The translations under genes were made by a program, and so were the position numbers. From IMG/VR virus record IMGVR_UViG_3300045988_161245, positions 96,001 through 160,000 of that record: DNA of 64,000 nucleotides. One strand, written 5' to 3'. This document shows positions 56,844 to 64,000 of the stretch, piece by piece. The number at the start of each line of letters is the position of its first letter. Position 1 is the first letter of the stretch. The DNA is from a virus. The notes under the pieces were generated by a model, which was not told where the DNA came from, made no database searches, and saw only the letters and a program-made list of their open reading frames with translations.

Positions 56844-56872
56844 TTGACAAACAAGATAAAAAGTTATATACT
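56844..56872 (+). promoter_or_regulatory. sigma-70-like promoter
   Basis: TTGACA-N17-TATACT. Confidence 0.5.
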
Positions 56873-56964
56873 ACAATATATAAAAAATTAGAGAAAACTA
56901 AATAAAGTGCTTTTTGGATATAGGAGCAAATGAGCCAGCCTATATTTGGAAAGAACACTTTCAA

Positions 56965-56992
56965 AAAGGACACCTCGTAGGATGTCCTTTTT
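56965..56992 (+). terminator. intrinsic terminator
   Basis: Stem aaaggaca/tgtccttt that runs into a T-run. Confidence 0.5.
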
Positions 56993-57020
56993 GTATTGTT
57001 TTTATATTAAACTATATAAC

Positions 57021-57056
57021 AAAGCCCAGCGATCCACACGGACAACTGGGCTTTTA
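57021..57056 (-). terminator. hairpin downstream of 57099..57356
   Basis: 9-bp stem aaagcccag/ctgggcttt. Confidence 0.45.
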
Positions 57057-57098
57057 TTGTTACTATTCCTCATCATATTCCAGACTCATATTTTCCTC

Positions 57099-57356
57099 TT
57101 ATTCTTTTATAAATGTTGTCATAATAGATGCTGTATACCCTGATTCATCACCGTTACATTCCTGAATAATATATGTACCAAGCTTATATTTGTCTGAGAG
57201 AGCTTGTATTGCTTCATTTACTGTTTTAAATGCTCCAAGAATTTTCTTATTTTTCAGTGCTATAAAGGATTTTCCATATTTATTATATAGATCCTGGTAT
57301 ATACTTACAAAATATTTGAAATCATTTAATCTGTCTTGTTCTGTATATGTGTCCAT
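57099..57356 (-). CDS. small protein (DUF5678-like?)
   Basis: SD ggagggt. ..GKSFIALKNKKILGAFKTVNEAIQAL.. fits the pattern. The family name is from memory. Confidence 0.45.
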   Translation of the reverse strand: MDTYTEQDRLNDFKYFVSIYQDLYNKYGKSFIALKNKKILGAFKTVNEAIQALSDKYKLGTYIIQECNGDESGYTASIMTTFIKE

Positions 57357-57447
57357 ATTGTCAACCCTCCAATCTGTTCTTTTCTACTAATATATTACTA
57401 TATTTTGCTGTATATTTCTATGTACAATGTGGTCTAATGACCATAAT

Positions 57448-57474
57448 AAAAGCCCAGGCATTCACCCAGGCTTT
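57448..57474 (-). terminator. intrinsic terminator (minus-strand RNA)
   Basis: The RNA AAAGCCUGGG/CCUGGGCUUU forms a 10-bp stem with two G.U pairs, followed by UUUU. Confidence 0.5.
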
Positions 57475-57485
57475 ATAGTGTGTTA

Positions 57486-57758
57486 TTATTCTACCGTTGG
57501 CTTCGGCATTGACATAAGCTCCTTCAGTTCTTCAATTGTGTAACCGTTGGAATCCATGAGATCCGCAAGAGCTGTAAGCTGCGCTGCACGTTCGGCTTTA
57601 GATTTCTGGGCTTTTAAAATAGTAAGTTCTTTATCAATAGTCTTTTTCTGTTCTGATAATGCATTAATCTTCTCAGTTAATTTTTTAATTTCTTCATCAA
57701 TTTTTGTAAGTTTTGAATTAAGCACTTCTTCTTTTGTTCGTCTTGTTCTTGCTGCCAT
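57486..57758 (-). CDS. coiled-coil protein (DUF4315-like?)
   Basis: SD ggagga lies before ATG 57758. MAARTRRTKEEV is followed by a coiled coil and then ..GYTIEELKELM. Confidence 0.45.
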   Translation of the reverse strand: MAARTRRTKEEVLNSKLTKIDEEIKKLTEKINALSEQKKTIDKELTILKAQKSKAERAAQLTALADLMDSNGYTIEELKELMSMPKPTVE

Positions 57759-57834
57759 AATAAAATTCCTCCTATTGGATAATTTTATAATTATACTACT
57801 CCATAACAACTAAAGTTTCAAGATAATTTTGAAA

Positions 57835-58647
57835 TTAATGGCATATTTTTAAATAATAATATATGGCACTCATTGTATAAAAATTTTTTCTATTGTCATA
57901 TACCATTGAGTCTATTTCTCTACCGCAAAAATTTATTCCATGTTTTTTATAAAAACTAATTATGTTACTTCTTAATCCCCAATTTTCTTTTCTAATCGAC
58001 AAATAATCAATACCAATATCTTTTATGTCTTGTTTATAATATCTGTCAATTGCGTATTCAACTATTTTATCAAGCATTTCATTTGTGTTATATTCTACAT
58101 CAGAGTTAAGATTCATCATTTCTAGTGGAGATAATTTTTCTCTTACTCTTCCATAACCAATATAACGTATTTCACTATTATGCAATTTGCACTTGTGTAT
58201 AGGACATATCGGTAACATTCGTATTTGATGTATATTATGCCAATATGCTTCTCCATATTTTTTACGATCCTCAATAATACACATTGGACAATATTTCAAT
58301 TGTCTATTTTCGCTACGTGGTCTTCTTATATTAAGCTCTGTTTTATAGCAGTCCGTTTTTAAATTATAAAGGAATTCATTAGTATAGTCATTTGAACAAT
58401 ATCCTGTATAAACATAAAACATTGTATGATGTTTTAACAGATTTTCTATTGATATAACTTTCTCAATATTATTTTCGGTATCTTTATTAATATTTCCAAT
58501 AAATAATTTACTAATAACATTTGTACTGTTTACAAATAGTTCTTTTGCAATCTCATGCTCTCTCCATATACCGCTATTTACAAGATATCTACAGAACCAG
58601 CTGTAAACTGTTTCGTCATCATAGATGCTAGGAAGTCTGTTTGTCAT
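57835..58647 (-). CDS. tniQ: TniQ/TnsD-family target-selection protein
   Basis: LPSIYDDETVYSWFCRY forms the N-terminal TniQ motif. A Cys/His cluster follows (LKYCPMCI..HNIHQIRMLPICPIHKCKL). The start overlaps the tnsC stop. Confidence 0.75.
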   Translation of the reverse strand: MTNRLPSIYDDETVYSWFCRYLVNSGIWREHEIAKELFVNSTNVISKLFIGNINKDTENNIEKVISIENLLKHHTMFYVYTGYCSNDYTNEFLYNLKTDCYKTELNIRRPRSENRQLKYCPMCIIEDRKKYGEAYWHNIHQIRMLPICPIHKCKLHNSEIRYIGYGRVREKLSPLEMMNLNSDVEYNTNEMLDKIVEYAIDRYYKQDIKDIGIDYLSIRKENWGLRSNIISFYKKHGINFCGREIDSMVYDNRKNFYTMSAIYYYLKICH

Positions 58648-59879
58648 ATTTTTATTTCCTCCACTATAATTGATTGTTTAAGCAGTTTTATAAAATCAAT
58701 ATTTTTTTCCTTAGATATTTTCAATATCGCTTCAATGTTATTAAACTCTTTTATTACGCAATCTTGTGTGATATTATTTGTTCTATTAGATACTATGTGT
58801 TTATTTTTCTTTTTATCGACTTTGTTAATGCTTGGTTGTATAAATTTGTGATACATTTCAATCCTATTTTGGTATGCTTCATTCAATATATTAATATTAA
58901 TCTTGCTAACTCCTGACATTATAGCAATTTCCTGAGCATCGTGTAATAATGATATTACAATTGAAATGTTACCGCAGGAATGGTCATATATCCATTTATA
59001 AAACTCTTCATTTATTGTTGCATTTTTTATAGTATATCGATATCTAAATAATATATTGCATATGTTTTTAAAGTACTCATCATAAGAAAGTGCTGTATAT
59101 TTAAGCCCCATAGTTCTTCTTGCAAGATGTTCGGCACCCTCGAAAAACAATACACTTTCCGGAGTACCAACCATACAAATACTTATTCCGCTATTGTTGA
59201 TAAGCTGTGTAAGAAATCCTATTATATTTTTACCGTTTTTTGAGTTTGCAACATTTTGTATCTCATCAATGATAAGAACACCTATATTATTTATTGCTAT
59301 TGTACTTATTTGGCTTATGAGGGCATCTGTAGTACATTTATCAATAATTTTCCCATTTAAATATTGTGTTTTAAGCATACTGTTTATCTTCATCAAAATT
59401 TCGATCGCAAGACCTTTTACAGATGAATCAAATGGACATTGTACAGTTACAAATGGAATTATATCTGAGAATAAATTGCAATCAAATTTACAATTTTCAA
59501 CAATAACATCTACTGCCCTGTTAACGGCTGTACTTTTACCAATACCTGAACTCCCTATTATTGTAAATGAATCAGATCCGCCAATTATACTATTAGAGTT
59601 TCCTGTTAAAAATCTTTTGTAATTTTCGTATCTTTGCTGTGATGCCAATTTTGAACTCTTCTTTTTTAGTGAGTGATATAAAGACAAATATAATTTGTTA
59701 TAAATCTCTATGGACATTTTAGATGGAATATAAATATCATATAGATTTGATAAAGCAATCAGTTTCTCTCCAATGTCCATATTTTTACTATTTTCATCAT
59801 ATTTTGGAACAACAGACAATGCTTTTACAAGTCCATCTCCTGATAACATTTTTGGTAATATTTTTGTATAATCATCCAT
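58644..59879 (-). CDS. tnsC: TnsC-like AAA+ ATPase
   Basis: Walker A GSSGIGKST and Walker B LIIDEIQ. Lies between tnsB and tniQ with overlapping stops and starts. Confidence 0.75.
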   Translation of the reverse strand: MDDYTKILPKMLSGDGLVKALSVVPKYDENSKNMDIGEKLIALSNLYDIYIPSKMSIEIYNKLYLSLYHSLKKKSSKLASQQRYENYKRFLTGNSNSIIGGSDSFTIIGSSGIGKSTAVNRAVDVIVENCKFDCNLFSDIIPFVTVQCPFDSSVKGLAIEILMKINSMLKTQYLNGKIIDKCTTDALISQISTIAINNIGVLIIDEIQNVANSKNGKNIIGFLTQLINNSGISICMVGTPESVLFFEGAEHLARRTMGLKYTALSYDEYFKNICNILFRYRYTIKNATINEEFYKWIYDHSCGNISIVISLLHDAQEIAIMSGVSKININILNEAYQNRIEMYHKFIQPSINKVDKKKNKHIVSNRTNNITQDCVIKEFNNIEAILKISKEKNIDFIKLLKQSIIVEEIKI

Positions 59880-61695
59880 TTAAGATATCCTCCGTGAAAT
59901 CAATATGATATTTTCTTTTAGCTCTATTTTTAACAGATGTAGTATATTTTGTATTTAATTTTTGAGGATATTGTACATTAGCTACTATCTCTTCCAAAGA
60001 ATTTGCCAAGTCAATTTGCGCCTGAGTGTTGCTATTACAATGACTATTTACGAGTTTTCGATGCTCTTTTTCGATCAATTCTACATCAGTTAACTCTTTT
60101 CCATTATACCTACTTTCAATCAATTTAAACTGTATATAACACCCATTTTCTATAAGCCATACATAGCTTACATTATCTGGATTATAAGCAACTGTTACTT
60201 CTCCACCAACCAAATATTTTTCAATATAATTCTCATTTTTGTACCTCATTTTATTTACTTTAAGCCCAAATCTACTAAATACACCGATGGTTCTTGGAAG
60301 TAATGTGAGCATAATTTGTTTTAATGTTACCGGTATTAAGTTAGCTCCTGGAAGTAATTTGTTATATTCAAAAATTCTATTCGCATATGGCTCAATATTG
60401 TTTTTTATCATATCTTCTGTATAAGGAAAATTCTTTAATATACGCTGCGAATTATAATATACAATGCACTTTACTATGATTTTTTCAAAAACTTCCATTG
60501 TCAAACAAGCATCTTTTCTATAATCATGTACGCCTCTTTCAAGAAAATCAGGTTCAACTATACCTTTATTTTTTAAATAAGGTTTGTATGTTTCTTGAAT
60601 TATATTAAAAAATTTTTCTACAACGCCTTTTAATTCAGGACGATATGGTGGCAAATTTTTTAGTGCAACTCCAAGCTCAGTTATTTGTTCGAAATTTTCA
60701 GATACATATTCTTTTCCCATGTCAGTAACAAATGTCCCTGGGATTTCAGATATGTTCCACTGATCATCGTTTATGAATATACCGAGTTCTTCACAATGTT
60801 TCTTTTTATTAGATACCATATTTTGCATGAGCACTTTTAAACTATAAATGCCACCTTCCCAAGTTAATGCATAGCCGTAACAAAAACTGCTATATGCGTC
60901 AATACAAACTGTTAATATAGGTCTTCCAACTAAGCTGTTTGTCTCATCTATGAGATATATGTCACACACCGTAGAGTCAAGTAATCCGGTACCAACTGCC
61001 GGTGCAAATTCCTGTACTCCATCGCCTAACAATGGTCTTTTATTTCTTTGGTAATTACTTAAACCACCTCTTGAAATGTAAAAAGCTTGCATATTTTTTG
61101 TCTTACGATAAAAGTATCTGAACTGATAAAAAGATGGTATATTAGGTTGTAACCTTCCATCTATATCGCAATATTTTTCTTTTAACATAAGCAAATAAGA
61201 AGACTTTAAACTATATCTGTTTGTGCTATAAAAATATTTATTTAAAGCCCATCTCATATTCTTTTCATCTTTAGTAAGTGACTTTTCTGTAATACTACTT
61301 TTTGGTACAAGTACACAAATATTTTGGAAAATAAGATACTTGTAAAAGTAGTTTCTAAGAGACTGTTTACTTATATTTCTTTCTTCACATATTTGATTTA
61401 CCAATGAGGTACGCTTGTGTTTATCATCCATAAAGGAAAGTAATGGAGCAATCATATTGTACCGATCGTATGCTATCTTTTTATTATGCTCTGAAGCTTC
61501 TGATATGTCGAATACAGGCTCCTTTGTCTCTTGTATAAGTAAATCCTCATCACACAAAATAGCGTCCTTAAAATCAATTTTATGCGCTGTATACGGCATT
61601 TTGGGATTTAAACAATCAATGATAAAAACTGATTGATCTGATTCTTTTAAAACTCTTGCTATTGTACCATTAAACTTATACAATTCATTCTTCAT
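59872..61695 (-). CDS. tnsB: TnsB-like DDE (Mu/rve-type) transposase
   Basis: About 600 aa with an HTH-like N-terminus. The core has DSTVCDIYLID.. and ..FVTDMGKEY.. The likely start is MKNELYKF, preceded by an SD ggggga. Confidence 0.8.
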   Translation of the reverse strand: MKNELYKFNGTIARVLKESDQSVFIIDCLNPKMPYTAHKIDFKDAILCDEDLLIQETKEPVFDISEASEHNKKIAYDRYNMIAPLLSFMDDKHKRTSLVNQICEERNISKQSLRNYFYKYLIFQNICVLVPKSSITEKSLTKDEKNMRWALNKYFYSTNRYSLKSSYLLMLKEKYCDIDGRLQPNIPSFYQFRYFYRKTKNMQAFYISRGGLSNYQRNKRPLLGDGVQEFAPAVGTGLLDSTVCDIYLIDETNSLVGRPILTVCIDAYSSFCYGYALTWEGGIYSLKVLMQNMVSNKKKHCEELGIFINDDQWNISEIPGTFVTDMGKEYVSENFEQITELGVALKNLPPYRPELKGVVEKFFNIIQETYKPYLKNKGIVEPDFLERGVHDYRKDACLTMEVFEKIIVKCIVYYNSQRILKNFPYTEDMIKNNIEPYANRIFEYNKLLPGANLIPVTLKQIMLTLLPRTIGVFSRFGLKVNKMRYKNENYIEKYLVGGEVTVAYNPDNVSYVWLIENGCYIQFKLIESRYNGKELTDVELIEKEHRKLVNSHCNSNTQAQIDLANSLEEIVANVQYPQKLNTKYTTSVKNRAKRKYHIDFTEDILNG

Positions 61696-62044
61696 TAATA
61701 ACAATCCCCCAATCTGATATACCATGCGTTTTCCAGTACTCTCTGGATGCGTCTAGTAATCTAATAGTCATCGGTTTTTGTAATAGTTTTCTTTCTATAC
61801 ATTCACGGACCATTAGGTCACCTGTATCTTTTACGCATACAAAGTCTGATGTGTAAGTTCTTTCTGGATACTTACTATCCTTATATCCATCAAGATCTAC
61901 ATTTACTCGTATACTGATTATGCTTTGATCTTTTTCTAGTTTCATTGCATAAGCATATTGAATCTTGCTGTAGGTTATGCATACGCCATCACATTTGCAT
62001 AAATATAATTTTGTTGCAGCTACTTTTGAATTTTTATTCCGCAT
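61685..62044 (-). CDS. tnsA: short TnsA-like endonuclease (N-terminal catalytic domain only)
   Basis: ..YTSDFVCVKDTGDLMVRECIERK..REYWKTHGISDWGIV follows the TnsA_N pattern (YTPDF..EVK..yW..g..f.iv). It is 119 aa, much shorter than canonical TnsA. Confidence 0.6.
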   Translation of the reverse strand: MRNKNSKVAATKLYLCKCDGVCITYSKIQYAYAMKLEKDQSIISIRVNVDLDGYKDSKYPERTYTSDFVCVKDTGDLMVRECIERKLLQKPMTIRLLDASREYWKTHGISDWGIVINEE

Positions 62045-62073
62045 TATTTTACCTCCTATTTTTGAAATGATTT

Positions 62074-62241
62074 TTCCTAAAAACGGCTATTTTCTTGCTA
62101 AAAACGATTGATTTTTTCCTAAAAACGCATTTTTAGGGTTATTTTCGTTTTTAGCATTTCATTTTTAGGAAAAACAAAATACTCGCAAGCCCAGTAAAAT
62201 CAATGGTTTGCGGATTTTCCTAAAAACGTTTCCTAAAAACG
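62074..62241. repeat. array of TTCCTAAAAACG repeats (putative TnsB-binding sites)
   Basis: Direct copies lie at 62074, 62095 (ttgctaaaaacg), 62116, 62217 and 62230. Inverted or partial copies lie at 62128, 62146 and 62160. Confidence 0.7.
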
Positions 62242-62515
62242 AGGTTAAAAATACTATGTTGAGAGGCAATTACTTTTAGTCTTTTTTGGGGCAAAAATTT
62301 TATTCTTTTATTCCGGTCAAAATTTGCTTTGAATTTGCTCTGACGCAAGATTTTCCTCTTTTGTGCATGTTAATTTGACTACAATAAAATCACAATTTTA
62401 TCGGAAAAATGACCCCCTTTAATCCCTTATTTTTATTGACTTTTCGAAAGCCGATTTTTGGAAAAATCGCGATTTTTAGCTATTTTGGGCTGTTTTTTGA
62501 ACTTTTCGTCAAATT

Positions 62516-62558
62516 GCACAAAAAAATGACCTTGGATAAAAATATCAAAGGTCATTTT
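62516..62558 (-). terminator. intrinsic terminator of the DHFR operon
   Basis: 11-bp stem aaaatgacctt/aaggtcatttt, followed on the minus strand by U7. Confidence 0.6.
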
Positions 62559-62771
62559 CTATGTTCTTATTCTTATAAGTTTCTTGTAAGCAAACTATTT
62601 TATTTGATGTCTCAGGCTAAAAAAATTGCCCCATTTTACGCTAAAGTTTATTGCCCTCGAACATAGTATTTCTGACCTTGAAGTCATTATACGAGATTTA
62701 TATATTTCTTGCAATAGTTCGAGTTCCAATTTCGCAATATTTTACTTATTTTGCTTAATATATTACGGATA

Positions 62772-62906
62772 TTAATCAATATCATCATCATCATCTTTAT
62801 TTCTTCCGGCAGTAAGACAAGCTGTAAGAATAAGTCCAACTACTCCACCAACCACAAATGTGCAGCCTACAATACAAATAAATGTACCAATACCAAGTGT
62901 AATCAT
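62772..62906 (-). CDS. tiny membrane protein with poly-Asp tail (44 aa)
   Basis: ATGA start/stop overlap with the DHFR-fusion gene. Sequence MITLGIGTFICIVGCTFVVGGVVGLILTACL..DDDDDID. Confidence 0.4.
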   Translation of the reverse strand: MITLGIGTFICIVGCTFVVGGVVGLILTACLTAGRNKDDDDDID

Positions 62907-63871
62907 GCAGTCTCATCCTCCATTCTGTGAATTTCTGAATCAAGTAATGCTAATGATATTTTTAAATTGACCTCAACATTATCCGCACACCATGTTGAGA
63001 TACATCTGATAATTTCACCACGGTTATAATTAAGTTCCTGATCTTCAATAAAATCATTAACATCAATCTTAAATTTTTGATCTTCAACATCCACTGTATT
63101 ATCTTCTGTAAGTCTTCTTTCAAGGTACCACTTAGCTTTATTTAGGTCTTGTAATTCTTTCTGTGAATCTCCAGGATATTTTTTTCCTGCCCTACAGATA
63201 TATTTAGCAACATTTCCAAGGCAGTAACCAAGCCCCCTATCTTCAATGAAACTAATTACTTCATATTTTTTTCCTATATAATGTGATGGATTTTTAACTG
63301 CATCGTGACCAAAAACAGGATCAGAATAGGCATTGGATACAGTCTTACAATTCTCTTTTCTGATAAATGTTTTAAAGCTATATGATAAATTACCGTATGT
63401 CTTATCTATAGATTCAATCTCATCAAAATTGTTTAAAAGGTATTCGATTGGGAAAAATACATCCGCAGTTGAGATACATCTATTAACGATTGTTGCATAA
63501 ACTTTCTCGCAATGAGGTAAGAACATTTTGTAGATACTTTCTCCACCAATTGCAAAATACTTAGTCGGCATTTCAACTATAAATTTTATTTCTTCTTTTG
63601 TCATTTTTTTTAATATATTAACATCTGTAGCATATCCATTATCTTCATTGATTGGCTCTGCTGCATAATTAAGTGTCGTAGAAAGGACAATATTGTTCCT
63701 ACTTTTAAGAGGCTTGTTACCAATACTGTTCCATGTCTTTCTTCCCATGATAACAGAATGTCCCATTGTAATCTCTTTAAATCTTTTTAAGTCATCTGGA
63801 ATCTTATAAAGTAAGTCACCATTCTTACCGATTCCACCAAAATTATCCATACAAACGATTGCTGATAACAT
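62903..63871 (-). CDS. folA: dihydrofolate reductase fused to a DUF3310-like domain
   Basis: The N-terminus has the DHFR pattern (DNFGGIGKNGDLLYKIPDDLKRFKEITMGHSVIMGRKTWNSIG..AIGGESIY). The C-terminus has the DUF3310 pattern (NPSHYIGKKYEVISFIE..GNVAKYICRAGKK..DLNKAKWYLER). Confidence 0.7.
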   Translation of the reverse strand: MLSAIVCMDNFGGIGKNGDLLYKIPDDLKRFKEITMGHSVIMGRKTWNSIGNKPLKSRNNIVLSTTLNYAAEPINEDNGYATDVNILKKMTKEEIKFIVEMPTKYFAIGGESIYKMFLPHCEKVYATIVNRCISTADVFFPIEYLLNNFDEIESIDKTYGNLSYSFKTFIRKENCKTVSNAYSDPVFGHDAVKNPSHYIGKKYEVISFIEDRGLGYCLGNVAKYICRAGKKYPGDSQKELQDLNKAKWYLERRLTEDNTVDVEDQKFKIDVNDFIEDQELNYNRGEIIRCISTWCADNVEVNLKISLALLDSEIHRMEDETA

Positions 63872-63884
63872 AAATTTTCTCTCC

Positions 63885-64000
63885 TTAAATACCCAACGGT
63901 AGCGTCAATTGTGGCTTCATTGGCTTGTAATTTTCCATAGAAAAGTCGTCAATTGTCATGTCATAAAAGTTATTTTTTTCTGGATTTAATACCAATTTTG
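63885..64000 (-). CDS. thyA: thymidylate synthase, C-terminal fragment (gene continues beyond the window)
   Basis: The translated end ..NNFYDMTIDDFSMENYKPMKPQLTLPLGI* resembles the ThyA C-terminus (..DF.l..Y..hp.ik.piav). The stop lies 14 nt before the DHFR start. Confidence 0.55.
   Translation of the reverse strand, partial: KLVLNPEKNNFYDMTIDDFSMENYKPMKPQLTLPLGI

Larger units (their letters stand above)
57835..62262 (-). mobile_element. Tn7-like transposon core plus tnsA-proximal end (other end not located)
   Basis: tnsA-tnsB-tnsC-tniQ form an overlapping operon, with an array of 12-nt repeats just upstream of tnsA. Confidence 0.7.

Noticed and set aside
56831-56850. Direct-orientation look-alikes of the transposon end motif (atccaaaaacttc, ttctcctaataaag) as the missing left end.
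   Set aside because: The orientation is wrong for an inverted terminal end, and the matches are poor.
62074-62241. CRISPR array.
   Set aside because: The repeats are only 12 nt, irregularly spaced and partly inverted. They abut tnsA, and no cas genes are present.
62409-62666. 85-aa plus-strand ORF between the transposon end and the DHFR operon.
   Set aside because: It has no RBS. It spans a strong terminator hairpin and degenerate end-repeat debris, and its composition looks non-coding.

Overview
AT-rich, densely coded stretch of a tailed-phage (siphovirus-like) genome, probably from a low-GC Gram-positive host. This host guess is inferred from the RBS style, the LRR_5 and InlB-type repeats, and the SH3b/PG-binding endolysin. 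Layout: the plus strand from 1 to 53.5 kb carries capsid, neck, tail, tape-measure (TMP), Dit/Tal and fibre genes. A lysis cassette sits at 53.5-56.1 kb. From 56.2 to 64 kb the genes are minus-strand and include a Tn7-like transposon core (tnsA-like, tnsB, tnsC, tniQ) next to a thyA / DHFR-DUF3310 operon. The structural module contains several self-splicing-intron-like elements. (i) Two tandem ORF-less group I introns lie at 5362-6039, separated by a 14-nt micro-exon. (ii) A group I intron at 14722-16544 in the TMP gene carries a two-gene homing-endonuclease cassette. (iii) A second, 4.3-kb interruption of the TMP gene at 17322-21610 has intron-like boundaries (P1, P10, terminal G). It carries an internal terminator and a minus-strand accessory operon: a double Zn-ribbon protein, an HExxH metallopeptidase, a DUF2513-like wHTH protein and an HslV/proteasome-like Ser-Ntn hydrolase. 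The proteasome-like gene and a convergent, overlapping small partner gene occur a second time just downstream of the TMP stop. I consider this duplicated module, together with its intron-borne operon, the best candidate for an undescribed system. If spliced as proposed, the TMP would be about 3537 aa and contains two copies of the usual TMP C-terminal motif. Other oddities are a tail-fibre/tyrosine-recombinase chimeric pseudogene, a secreted BspA-type LRR moron, a 2423-aa multidomain adhesin-like protein, and a RusA/holin-like island inside the tail module. Every family assignment comes from motif recognition by eye, with no database search, and all RNA folds are partial hand folds.
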